From assembly GCA_030390025.1 (NCBI GenBank), contig CM059438.1:63118001-63182000 (forward strand): a stretch of 64,000 nucleotides of DNA. Direction: 5' to 3'. The notes beneath the pieces were generated by a model, which was not told the DNA's origin, did not search any database, and worked only from the letters and a program-made list of their open reading frames with translations. Shown here piece after piece: positions 25,225-37,289 of this stretch; position 1 is the first letter of the stretch; every line of letters begins with the position of its first letter. Position numbers and translations under genes: made by a program. Source of the DNA: Squalus acanthias. Its lineage: Eukaryota.

Positions 25225-25930
25225 GAGGGGAGATGCAGATTCGAAAGGATTTAGTTATAGGGGATTCTATAATTAGGGGGATAGAAAGTATTCTTTGCAG
25301 TCAGGATCAAGAGTTCCAAAGGGTATGTTGCCTACCCCGGTGCCAGGGTAAAGGACATCTCAAAATGGCTGGAAAAGAATCTGGAAAGGGAGGGGCAGAA
25401 TCCAGATATTGTGTTCCATGTCGGAACTAACGACATAAGAAAGAGTAGGGAAGAGGTCCTGCTAAGGGAGTATCAGGAGTTAGGATCTAAATTGAAAAAC
25501 AGGACCTCACTGTGCACAGTTCTGGTCTCCATGCTACAAAAAGGACATAGAAACACTGGAGAAAGTGCAAAAATGATTTACAAGGATGGTACCAGAACTG
25601 AGAGTTCACAACTATCAGGAAAGATTCCTTTAGGGAAAAAAAAGACTTACAGGTGACCTGATCGAGGTCTTTAAAATTCTGAATGGGTTGGACAGGGTAG
25701 ATGTGGAGAGAACGTTTCCACTTGTGGGAGAATCCAAAACCCAGGGTCCATAAATACAAGATAATTACTAATAAATCCAATAGAGTTAGATTACTCAGAG
25801 TGGAGAAAGGAATAGAAGGATATGCTGACAAGCTGAGATGAAGTAGGGTGGGAGGAGGCTCGTGTGGAGCATAAACACCGGCATAGACCTGTTGGGCCAA
25901 ATAGCCTGTTTCTGTGCTGTAAATACTATG
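25225..25930 (+). mobile_element. CR1 derivative: ORF1 esterase remnant joined directly to the ORF2 3' end
   Basis: LVIGDSIIRGIE...HVGTNDI (SGNH esterase motifs), then at about 25505 tgtgcacagttctggtctcca (CAQFWSP) and a CR1 tail. Confidence 0.75.
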
Positions 25931-26054
25931 TAAAAAGTGACATTATGTAAAAAAAAAATGTTAACCCTGCTGCTGTGCATTCCCAGAATTGTCTGTTGTT
26001 TGTATTTGGTTCTCCTTCTTTGTAGAGTTGCTTTAAAATAAATAACATGCGTTA

Positions 26055-26395
26055 GACATAGAGAAGATATTTCTACTTGTGGGGTAGTCCAAAACTAGGG
26101 GCCATAAATATAAGTCACTAGTAATATATAGTCACCAATAAATCCAATAAAGAATTCCGGGAAAACTTCTTTACTCAAAAGATTGGTGAGAATATGGAAC
26201 TCACTACCACAAGGAGTGGTTGAGGCGAATAGCGTAGATGCATTTTAGGGGAAGCTAGTTAAGCACATGAAGGAGAAAGGAATAGGAGGATATGTTGATG
26301 GGGTGAGATGAAGTAAGGTGGGAGGAGGCTCGTGTGGAGCAGAGACACCGGCATGGACCAGTTGGGCTGACTGGCCTGTTTCTGCGTATGTAAAT
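26055..26395 (+). mobile_element. CR1 LINE 3' fragment
   Basis: Same 3' UTR as the copies ending near 22200 and 25920. Confidence 0.75.
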
Positions 26396-27360
26396 ATCAG
26401 GGAGTCTTTTGAAGGTAAGCCATGACAAATGATTCTCATTAAAGTTAGCGCACTTTTAATTTAAGCTGTTTTTCTGCTATTTAAGTGACGCATGTGGATA
26501 TAGGCATACAAAAAGAAGTGTGAAAGATCATCAAGCACACCCCATCCAGTCAACAGTGCAACCTGGCAAATCATCCAGCCATCCCCTCACAATGCTGAGT
26601 CCTGAGAGGCAAAAGGAGAAAAAAATTGCATCAAAAGCTCCTTCAAATCCCTGTCACAACTCCAACTAACGAGCAACTAACCCCCTGAACTGGAAATGTT
26701 CTCTTGTCTCGAGTACTTGCTCCTGTTTACAGGACGAGTACTCCATATTCAGCACATGTCTTGGCAGGTTGTTCCACAGGGTGATGCCATCAGAGAAAGT
26801 CACTCAGAAGAACTGCATAGAAATCAAAAGCTTTTATGCATCAAGCCGTTTTAGATTGGACAGACTGATAATGCAAGGACGATGTGCACTGAAGTAGTTT
26901 ATATATCTGGGGGAGTATGGATGTCCAGGAAAAAAATGACATACCTCGGAAGGAGTAACGAATATTTGAGGCTAAGTGCGAGGTAGTCACTTCATCAAAG
27001 GTCGAGTGAGCTTCACTCTTAACCTTAACCTTCATAACCGTCATTCGAAGCCCAATATGAGATTGTAATCTTCTTGTGCTTCACTGTATCTGCTATTTAG
27101 CTTTTTTAATCATATGTACAGGGGAATTTATGGGGCTGGTTTATTCCATTTTCTGCCGATTGTTGTCTTTATTTTGTCTGGCAATGTTTGTCTTGCTAGA
27201 TGCTGATGATTGACATGTGACCATTCTTGAGGGACTAATGATTGTAATGTAGTCATGAAATTTATTGTATGATGATCCTCAGTTGGACACTTGGAAAGGA
27301 TGTCATTACATGTTATATGTACATCTTTCTAACCTCATTTATTGTCCAATCTCCTCACAG

Positions 27361-27541
27361 AAGAGACTCGTGGGATAGAGGAGGAACCAAGCCATTTGCC
27401 CCTGGTAGTGTGTATTGACAAGCTGACCAAAGTCTACAAGACGGGGAAGAAGCTGGCTTTGAACAAGCTCAGCCTGAACTTGCATGAGAACCAGGTGGTG
27501 TCATTCCTGGGACACAACGGTGCTGGCAAAACCACCACAAT
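27361..27541 (+). CDS. ABCA2: ABCA2 exon w9 (NBD1, Walker [11 protein letters not shown])
   Basis: Acceptor ctcctcacag, donor at|gtgagt; 181 nt, phase 1 to 2. Confidence 0.96.
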
Positions 27542-27946
27542 GTGAGTTCCAGGCTAGAAAAAGCTTTCACTTCTTTTGTTTTGTTATTTCCTAAAAAGGA
27601 GTTATCCTTTAGTCAGACTATGGCAGTTGCGAAAGCTTTCAGCCAGACTTGCACAACAATCACCTGAAGGGTCATTCAAAATTAATCAAAATCAGATTGA
27701 AAAAAGAAGCTGAAAAAAACATTGCAGTAAAACAGTCTCCCTGGTGACTTTTGAAATTGCATCTGATGTGTTGAGTGGCTGGTAGTGTTTGCTCTTGGTG
27801 GTTCCTGATTGATGTGGTGCTATCAGGCTGAGGAGCGATAAATAAGTTGGAAGTCAGATGTATAAGCAGAACATGCATTGGAAACAGGAGAAGAAAACTG
27901 TCGAGATTTTCACATTGAGCCGCTCTGATGTATCGCTCTTTTCCAG

Positions 27947-28159
27947 GTCCATTCTGACGGGATTGTTCCCGCCCACTGCTGGATCGGCTACGATTTACGG
28001 GCACGACATTCGAACGGAAATGGATGAAATCCGGAAGAACCTGGGCATGTGCCCTCAACACAATGTACTGTTTGACAAACTGACAGTCGAGGAGCATCTC
28101 TGGTTTTACTCTCGCCTGAAGGGAATGGCTGAGGATGAGATCCGTAAAGAAATGGACAA
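27947..28159 (+). CDS. ABCA2: ABCA2 exon w10 (NBD1, Q-loop [11 protein letters not shown])
   Basis: Acceptor cttttccag, donor aa|gtaagc; 213 nt, phase 2 to 2. Confidence 0.96.
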
Positions 28160-29119
28160 GTAAGCCTGGCTGATGCTGTTGAAGCCTGGCAATGTGTAAT
28201 TGGCTCGATGGGTTTTGCTTGGATCTGGACAATTCTAACATAAACATGTGACCCATTGGGCAGGAACTGTCGGTGGTAGGGAGGGAAAGAGAAGAGAAGT
28301 TACCTGTTGGCAGTAAGGAGCTTAGTAATATAGTGAAAACATAAGAACATACTGAAACATGGAATTGGAAAAGACCATCAATCTGTTCCCCCCACAGACC
28401 ATGTACAATCTACCCTATCAGGGACTTTACCCCATTCGTTTACCCTCCTCATCGAATAGAATCTTACAGCACAGAAGGAGGCCATTCAAGCCTATCGTGC
28501 CTGTGCTGGCTCTTTGAAAGAGCGATCCAATTACTCCCGCTCCCCTGTTCTTTCCCCCGTAGCCCTGTTTTCCTGAGGGAAAGTTCTGTGTAAGTTTTCA
28601 GCTATCACCAAAAGCAATTATAAGCAAAATCCCAGAATAGTCCTTATCCTTAATTCCTCACCATTCAACCCAGGCCTGTGTTTTATTATACAGTTTACAC
28701 TTGGATTTTCCTTTTGCAGCGTGTACCCTACAGCGGCAAGTGGTTTGCTGCCGTTGGACTCACAGTGCATCACTTTGTGTTCCTGTATCTCCCCTTCTTT
28801 CAAACGTGCTGTCTTCCTAAATGGACAGTTACGCCTTGAGGTGCCATTTGAGTCCATCTCACAGCTGAGTTGAATTTCTTTGGGTTCATCACTTAACCTT
28901 ATAAAAGCAGAACATCCCACCATATTGGGAGAGAAAGGCAAAGAGGATGTTAAATTTCTGACCCTTATTTCCTATTACTTAATCTTAAACCAATAACCTG
29001 AATCAACTTGGTATCCAGTTGAAGGGGCTGCTTTGTAGAGGAAAAAAAACAGGAATAAATTTCGGAAAAGGTTAATGCTTTTTTAACTCATTCACGATGA
29101 ACACTATATTTGGCTTAAA

Positions 29120-29200
29120 TAACAACAGAAAACGCTGGAAAAACTCAGCAGGCCAGGCAGCATCCGTGGAGAGAGAAACAGAGTTAACGTTTCAGGTTGA
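29120..29200 (-). mobile_element. Penelope-like terminal fragment, hammerhead truncated in stem II
   Basis: Reverse complement of acctgaaacgttaactctgtttctctctcc...cctgctgag. Confidence 0.65.
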
Positions 29201-30111
29201 TTCAGGCACCCTTGCGAGTGGCCTGAGACACCTGGTACCCACCACCCCCCCCCCCCCCTCTGCCAGTGGCAGTTTGGCTAAATGTCACCTTTACCAATCC
29301 GTCGTGGTCCAATCACACTGAGCCACAGAAGTGGGAAACTTGTAGCTTTTGAAATATTTGTTGCATCTGAAGCAATAGCAGGTCAAACCTTCCTGAAGAA
29401 ACTAAGCTTCAGCAATACTGTAGGCAACCAGAGCTCATGAAAACAACTCCAAGATTCTTTGCTGGAGTATCCAAGTCTTTTGATCATATGTGGCGTTTAG
29501 CTGCATAGCACGGAGCTTCGTGGGGCAACTGAAGCTTCAATCTGTGTTCCCATCAATTTGCATATGTCTCAAGTTACTACCCGATCTTGGTGTTCTGATT
29601 GAGGATTTATCCACCATTGAGGCGGTAGTGCTAAGAACAGCCCTTGCTGAGCTGCAAGGTCCATGCAGTTCAAACAGGACAAACCAGCAACTGAAGTATA
29701 GAATGGAGTTGCCTGAGCTTTGTGAGCTAAATTGTCAAGGCTAGCAGGCCGCATTGGCCTTACGCCAAAGTTACAGATGTTACAGACATAAATGGCACAA
29801 GTGTTCACTCTTTGAATACGTCATTCTTTCTCTTATTTGACCAACTGTCTTCACTGTAATCTGTCCTCCTGTTGAATGTCACTCTGTGCTGTGCTCCATA
29901 TCTCAGCTCAATCTCCTCCATTATTTCCAATTGTTGTCCTTTTTCCATTGTGTGTGACCTCCAACCTCTGATGCAATCTTTGCTGCTGTACTCGCTTGTG
30001 TTTCTGTATCTGAAGATGAAAAAGCAAAAGCTGACACAAAATTGCAAATGCAGTTCTAGACTTTTAGAATTTTTTTTTTTGCCCACTCTTACTTTCTTGC
30101 TTTCTGTTTAG

Positions 30112-30308
30112 AATGATCGAAGACTTGGAACTCTCCAACAAGCGGCATTCTCTGGTTCAGACGCTGTCTGGCGGTATGAAACGCAAATTGTCGGTCGCCA
30201 TCGCATTTGTTGGGGGATCCAAAGCGGTCATTTTAGATGAACCAACGGCGGGGGTTGATCCGTACGCTCGTCGAGCTATCTGGGACCTAATCCTGAAGTA
30301 CAAACAAG
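30112..30308 (+). CDS. ABCA2: ABCA2 exon w11 (NBD1 signature LSGGMKRKL, Walker [12 protein letters not shown])
   Basis: Acceptor tctgtttag, donor g|gtgtgt; 197 nt, phase 2 to 1. Confidence 0.96.
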
Positions 30309-30496
30309 GTGTGTAAATGGTTTGGATTATGATAGTGGAATGAGTAATACGTGGCTGGTGTATACTGAGTATTAGCCAAGTTAAGTGGTAGCAAACGAAA
30401 GGACATTAGCGGGACAAAAAAAGCTGATAAAATCGAATCTTATGTGGACTAGAATGACACACACAATTTCTAAGGTGCAACAAAGGAGGCATGCAT

Positions 30497-31216
30497 CCCT
30501 CAGTATACTAATATTGGTACAGTCCTCAGCATACCAATATTGGTACAGTCCTCAGTATACCAATATTGGTACAGTCCTCAGTATACCAATATTGGTACAG
30601 CCCTCAGTATACCAATATTGGTACAGCCCTCAGTATACCAATATTGGTACAGCCCTCAGTATACCAATATTGGTACAGCCCTCAGTATACCAATATTGGT
30701 ACAGCCCTCAGTATACCAATATTGGTACAACCCTCAGTATACCAATATTGGTACAGCCCTCAGTATACCAATATTGGTACAGCCCTCAGTATACCAATAT
30801 TGGTACAGCCCTCAGTATACCAATATTGGTACAGCCCTCAGTATACCAATATTGGTACAGCCCTCAGTATACCAATATTGGTACAGCCCTCAGTATACCA
30901 ATATTGGTACAGCCCTCAGTATACCAATATTGGTACAGCCCTCAGTATACCAATATTGGTACAGCCCTCAGTATACCAATATTGGTACAGTCCTCAGTAT
31001 ACCAATATTGGTACAGCCTCAGTATACCAATATTGGTACAGGTCTCAGTATACCAATATTGGTACAGCCCTCAGTATACCAATATTGGTACAGTCCTCAG
31101 TATACCAATATTGGTACAGCCCTCAGTATACCAATATTGGTACAGTCCTCAGTATACCAATATTGGTACAGCCCTCAGTATACCAATATTGGTACAGCCC
31201 TCAGTATACCAATATT
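30497..31216. repeat. 26-bp minisatellite CCCTCAGTATACCAATATTGGTACAG, about 27-28 copies
   Basis: Read directly; it explains the three overlapping repetitive ORFs 30385-31415. Confidence 0.97.
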
Positions 31217-33175
31217 GAACCTCCTGAAGAATGTGGGTGGTGCCACATTTGTCACTGGCAAAGCAGACAGTGTGCAGAGGTGGCATGAGCGCTTTGATGA
31301 GCCACTGAATGGACTTTCCATCAAAGTGCTCATTAGAATCACATTGTGGCCACAACACCATGATGTAGATGAGATCCCCATGACTGCCGACGTTTGTGAA
31401 ACCATTGAACAGTGAAAAGTGGCAAGACTCAAAGACCAGATGGGAACCCTGCAGAGAAGTGAGGATGCAGACCCTCAATGCCGAGCTACACGCACTCTTA
31501 TCCACAAGCAGAAGACCAGGGAAGAGAAACTACAGCAGTTATCATGGAATTTTGCTTCCTTCAATACCCAGGAAAATCTGTGCAAATGTGTTTCTCAATC
31601 GCCTACTTGGAAATGTCTCTGATTCAGGCTCCAAGAGGCTTTAGACATAGTTCTGATCACTTGGCAGAATCAGGGCAAATGTGTGGAGCAGCATGAGGAT
31701 GTCTACAGGGTTTTCATTGACCTGATCAAGGCTTTCAGTGCAGTCAGTTGACCAAGCCTGTAGAAGTTCAGGTTTAGGTGCCCAGAAGGATTTGTCCAAA
31801 TTGAACGCAGTTTGATGGTAGAGCTCGTGATGGAGGGCTGACTGTGCCTTTTGCTCTCATCACTGGAGTCAAATAAAGGGATGCGCTTGCACCTGGCCTC
31901 TCTGGGCTCCTGTTTGTGACTGTGCTTGATGACACAACAAAAGCTTCACTACTTACTGATTTATCACAGCAGCAGAAAGATAGAGCTCATAGACCTGAAG
32001 GACATAGAGGTCACATGCCAACCGACTTCAGGAAAGCACGATACTGAACCAACCACCAACTGGCCATTCTGCACTGAATGTCAACTGGTTCAGTTACCTG
32101 GAGAGTGTGTTGTCAGATTCACTAATAGACAAAGAACTGCTCTCTTGTATCAAAGAAGCCAGTTCTGTTCAGTCAATAAGAACAACTTGTATTTATATAG
32201 CACCTTTAATGTAGTAAAACGTCCCAAGGCGCTTCACAGGAGTATTATAAAACAAAATTTGACAGCGAGCCACATAAGGAGAAATTAAGGCAGAAAAGAG
32301 GTAGGTTTTAAGGAGTATCTTAAAGGAGGAAAGAGAGGCAGAGAGGTTTAGGGAGGGAATTCCAGAACTTAGGACCTAGGCAGCTGAAGGCACGGCCACC
32401 AATGGTTGAGTGATTAAAATCGGGGATGCTCAAGAGGCCAGAATTAGAGGAGCGTAGAGATCTCGGGAGGGGGCATTGCTTAACTGGGAGCCAATGTAGG
32501 TCAGTGAGCACAGGGGTGATGGGTGAACGGGACTTAGTGCGAGTTAGGACACGGGCAGCCGAGTTTTGGATGATCTCAAGTTTACGTTGGGTGGAACGTG
32601 GGAAGCCGGCCAGGATTTCGTTGGAATAGTCAAGTCTAGAGGATGAAGACGACGATAAAAAAAACATTTCTGGAGCCAGCGTGGAATCAAGCTCAGAATA
32701 AAGCTGAATGTCTACAGGGCTGTTGTCGTCCCCTCTCCAAAATGGTGAGAGCCCTGGACGTGTTACTCTCGTTGCATTCACCAGCTTGAAAACTTCCAGC
32801 TCCAACAATTGAGGTTCATCGAAGGGCCGAACAACTGCATGATTCTTGAACAAGCCCTGGTGACCAGCCTTTTGAGATCATGCCAATGGAAGCATAGCCA
32901 CACTGATCAGGAGTTGTCTGCAGTGGAAGACTCCAGAATGAGAAAAAAAGATCTTGCATCGCACACAGCAATAGGGCCAACCTAAACAGGGTGGGCAGTG
33001 AAGGAGACATGAGGACACACTCGAGCACGGCTTGACAATATGGAATATTAATGTTGACAGCTGGGAAAATCTCTCAGTTGATCACAAGCTGGAGAGCAGC
33101 GATACATGGAGGTATCGACCAGTATGAATACTGGCATGTTGATCTGAAATAGAAGCAGCCTGCCAACTACAAACA
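31217..33175 (+). mobile_element. Ancient RTE-clade LINE remnant, interrupted by an L2 fragment (about 32180-32642, minus strand)
   Basis: Remnants QRWHERFDEPLN, GKRNYSSYHGILLPSIPRKICANVFLNRL, GVK*G-like and KLNVYRAVV resemble RTE ORF motifs; many stops. Confidence 0.65.
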
Positions 33176-33212
33176 GACTGTTTGGGTCTGTGAAATGTAC
33201 TGGAGAGTTTAC

Positions 33213-33950
33213 AGTCTAAAAATTCGGTTGCTTTGCGCCTCCCGTTAGTGCCCTAAGAGGACGCTAACGGGGCGCAAAGCAACTAGCGCCTGGGCGCGAC
33301 GCCGCCAACATCTCCCGCAAAATTCAGCGGGAGGTTAGCGGCGGTGGCAACCGTTAGCGACCCGTGGTGCTGCGCCGCTGGCGATGACGTCATCACCGTG
33401 CGCAGCGCCCCAGCCGCGATCTTCGGTAGTGCCCCCTGACCTACCGCCGGACGCTATGTCCGACAGGGTCAGGGGGGCCTACCTGCGGCCGGGACGGTGC
33501 AAATTAAAGGGGAGGTGCCGGGCGGCCATTTTTGTTGCTGGCCACCTGCCAGCACCTGCCCCCGTTGCCATCCCCGGCCTCCTGAGCAGCCCCACTGCGG
33601 AGTGCCGGCTGCGCTCCATGAACCCGGCACTTCTCTTGACTGCCGGGCTCTTTTGCCGGCACTCCGATCCCTGGTAGCCCAGCAGCTCCCCGGGTCGCGC
33701 TACGCTAGGTCTCTCCCCTTTTAATAAGGGAAGGAAGGCCTGCAGTACCGCGGCGTGACGTACCACAGCGCGTGGTGCTGCGGCACGTAGCGCCGTGATA
33801 TTCACTCGCAGCGCCCCAAGAGGGAGATGGGGCACTTCCAGTAGCACCCCACCTCCCTCTTGGGGCGCTACCGGTGAATTTCGGCCGCGGGGGGGGGCTA
33901 ATTTTTTCGAAGTTAGCGCCCCAAAGGGGGCACGACCAAATTTTTCCCCT
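33213..33950. mobile_element. Harbinger-like non-autonomous element, family A copy 2 (inverted relative to copy 1)
   Basis: Reverse-complement homology to 2919-3572 (ORF remnants MSDRVR..LRPGR.KLKGRCRAAIF on opposite strands); flanks tac/tac; left TIR degenerate. Confidence 0.75.
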
Positions 33951-33965
33951 TACCTCTCTTATATT

Positions 33966-34709
33966 GGGCCGAAAATTGATCCCGGGACGCGAGAGTACGC
34001 ACTGCATACTCTCGCGTATTCCCACTCCAATTGCCGGTTTTCTGCATGCCCTGCGCATGCGCTGAAAACCGGCAATTGCTCTTCCGAAAAGGGGGCGGGG
34101 CTTGAGTGCATCGCGTGCGCGCTACAGGCTGCGCGCACGCTGTGCACTTCATGCTTTGGACGCGCAGGTAAGTAGGGAAGATTTTGGAAATGTAAAAAGG
34201 AGGAGTAAGACCCGCTTTTAAGAAGGTAAGTAGTGAATTAAGTATTTTTTTGAATTTTTTTTTACAGGTATATCTTTTTTATAGACTTTAAAGACAGGTA
34301 AGTTTATTTTTATAACTTTTTAAAAGATTTTAAATTTTTTCAAAAATTTAATTTTTTATTTAAAATGGTTAATTTAATTAACTATACTTATTTTATTAAC
34401 GTGATGGGTTTTTTTTTTAATTTAATTGAGGTTTAGCTGTTATTTTGGGGGGGTGTAAGATTCATAAGTCTCACAGCTATGCTGTGAGACTTATGAATGG
34501 AAGATGGTGTGCTGCCATTGGCTCTAACTGAGTCACGTGATCCCACAGCTCGCACGAATTAACTACGCCGCTGGGATACGCAAGCCCAGCACAGCTGATG
34601 TCTGGAACATCAATTTCGTGCGAGCTGGATCAGAAAAAGCATAAGCGAGGTGAGACATCGCGGGGAAGGCTTACCCACGCGGGAACAGAGCGAGATCAAT
34701 TTCTGGGCC
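33966..34709. mobile_element. Non-autonomous DNA element, family B copy 1 (3-bp TSD, Harbinger-like)
   Basis: att|gggccgaaaattgatc...gatcaatttctgggcc|att; reverse-complement homolog at 49045-49813. Confidence 0.8.
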
Positions 34710-35781
34710 ATTGGCTTTAATAGTAATCAGCACAATCAAGACTACAACAACAAGGGGCATAATGTTAGAGTGAGCAGGATTGCCACCAAAGCTGAGTATG
34801 CTAACTTCATGATGGACTGTGGGACAAGGTGTGTCAAGTTCCCTCTCCTCCTAGTTATACCGAATTAGAACGAATTTAGAGTGATGGATATGTGTAAATT
34901 ATTTCATCGTTGATGTTTCTTTCATGTTTGATTTGCAATCTTAACATTTTTGGAAGTGGGTAAGCTATCTGGGCGGTACGTGGATTAATGTCTTTGCCTG
35001 CACCTTGGGAAAAATCCAGCCAGGCCCGATGGGATGGAGGCCCAATGGGATTAAATCTCTCCGCCAGCTTCAAAGCCCCAGGCCAGAGGAACTTGGAGCA
35101 GTCTCATCTCAGGCTTTTTGTAACCATAGCTCCACAGTACAAAACGAATAGAATATTTTGCCAATCAGACATAAACTGACAAACAAATCAACATTGAAGT
35201 TATGACTAAAAAGGCTTTGATCTCAGGCAGTGGATTAATAGTCCTGGATGCCAAATCTTTGAGACTATGAAAATTTAGAAAAGTCCTGTAATCCATAATA
35301 TACCCTTGATGCGTTTTTATTCCCCAAGATTATTGACATAAATTAAAAGATTCCATTTGAACAATGTGAACTGGTTAGTAGATGTAAATAGATTCTGGTG
35401 ACTGTACAGTGAGTGATGTGCGGAGGGTTCTGGGAGCTGGTTACCTAGCCTCGGTCTGGGATACTCCGCGCCTTGGGGAGTCAACGGGTGGGGGGTGGAT
35501 ATCTTTTTTTTTTAAGTGTTGCTTTTTCTTTGTTTAATTCAGATCAACGGCAATATGCAGGGAGATGAATTAACCTGCACGGTGAAAGTAACAAGATCAC
35601 CGATGAAATCAACGTTTGTTAAACTAAAGCATTGAGATAATAATTTCAAAAATGACAAAAGGGCATTGAAGTTGACCATAAATTTATTTACTATGATTTC
35701 ATTCTCAAAAGGAGCCCAGGGACATGCCTCCTTGTTTAACAGCGCACCCTAGTAAAGATGGATTTTTTTAAATAATTGCAG

Positions 35782-35964
35782 GCCGGACAATCCTCCTGTC
35801 CACACATTACATGGACGAAGCTGATCTCCTTGGCGACCGCATTGCGATAATCTCGCACGGAAAGTTGAAGTGCTGCGGGTCGCCTCTGTTCCTCAAAAGC
35901 ACCTACGGGGACGGCTACAAGCTGACGGTGGTGAAGAAGCAGCCCGACTCTCAAACTAACCCGG
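35782..35964 (+). CDS. ABCA2: ABCA2 exon w12 (H-loop): (G)[60 protein letters not shown]
   Basis: Acceptor aattgcag, donor g|gttcgt (the 3' boundary is inferred from phase); 183 nt. Confidence 0.92.
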
Positions 35965-36277
35965 GTTCGTAACTGAATTCCTCGCGTACAAGGCAGTGAT
36001 TCTGTGCCGCAGAGTGGCGGTCCAACTAAATTAGTGTTTCTCACAGAAACTCTAGTGAGCCCATCCGTGGTATACGTTTCAGAATGTGACTGGAATTCAG
36101 CCTGTTGTGCAGTGCTGTGATCAGGGCTTCAGTGAAGGGTAACAATGAAGTTGTGACATTTTCGTACTGTGTCCAGTTAAACTGTGAAACATATCCAGCA
36201 ATACGATCATATATTTTGGCTCTTCGAAGCTGGCGAAATAATGGTGGCCACTGGTCTTTCACTGGAGCTGAGAATGA

Positions 36278-36875
36278 TAAGAGCAGGGAGGTTGTGCTTG
36301 AACTGTATAAAACACTAGTTAGGCCACAGCTAGAGTACTGCGTACAGTTCTGGTCACCACATTACAGGAAAGATGTGATTGCGCTAGAGAGGGTACAGAG
36401 GAGATTTACGAGGATGTTGCCAGGACTGGAGAATTTTAGCTATGAGGAAAGATTGGAGAGACTGGGGTTGTTTTCTTTGGAACAGAGGAGGCTGAGGAGA
36501 GACTTGATTGAGGTGTATAAAGTTATGAGGAACCTAGATCGAGCGATAGGAAGGACCTATTTCCCCTAGCAGAGAGGTCAATAACCAGGGGGCATAGATT
36601 TAAAGTAATTGGTAGAAGGATTAGAGGGGAGTTGAGACATTTTTTCACTCATAGGGTGGTGGGGGTCTGGAACTCACTGCCTGAAAGGGTGGTAGAGGCA
36701 GAAACCCTCATCACATTTAAAAAGTACTTGGATATGCACTTGAAGTGCTGTAACCTACAAGGCTACGGACCAAGAGCTTGAAATTGGGATAGGCTGGAGA
36801 GCTCTTTTTTGGCCGGCACAGGCACGGTGGGTCGAATGGCCTCCTTCTGTGCCGTAAATTTCTATGATTCTATAA
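36278..36875 (+). mobile_element. CR1 LINE 3' fragment
   Basis: KSREVVLELYKTLVRPQLEYCVQFWSP... plus attctat tail. Confidence 0.9.
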
Positions 36876-36963
36876 TGATGGAGCAATTTGAAAGGATGAA
36901 TTAAGAGCATCGTACGAAAACTGTATTGCACAATGTTCAGTGGCTTACAGGGAATTTTTTTTC

Positions 36964-37289
36964 CCTCCTGCAGCAAGCTGATGTCAATAGCTGAGTGACA
37001 TAATTCCTAACTAAGCCAGGAACAGCCTGATCTGAATGGTCCTCTGTAGAAGGCCATGCCTAGGGAAACTTTACACTGCAGCAAGAACATTTTCAACAAG
37101 GTTTTAGCTATCATGTAATAAAAACAGAGAATGCTGGAAATACTCAGCAGGTCAGGCAGCATCTGTGGCGAGAGAAACAAAGTTAATATTTCTGGTCGAT
37201 GACCTTTCATTGTAGTAACAGAGCAGGCTGTTCCTGGCTTAGTTAGGAATTATGTCACTCAGCTATTGACATCAGCTTGCTGCAGGAGG
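36964..37289. repeat. Perfect 66-bp inverted repeat (arms 36964-37029 and 37224-37289), 194-bp spacer
   Basis: The arms are exact reverse complements by direct comparison; the spacer holds a decayed Penelope-like fragment (about 37118-37212, minus strand). Confidence 0.92.

Noticed and set aside
27672..28256. 194-aa antisense ORF over exon w10
   Set aside because: Shadow frame of a coding exon extending into intron sequence; no recognisable protein features.
30385..31415. Three long overlapping ORFs (240-291 aa); array superficially CRISPR-like
   Set aside because: Products of a stop-free 26-bp tandem repeat; there are no unique spacers and no cas genes, and the context is a eukaryotic intron.
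35800..35825. H-loop reads STHYMDEA rather than the mammalian STHHMDEA
   Set aside because: The catalytic His (STH) is retained and THY is common in ABC ATPases, so this is not evidence of inactivation.
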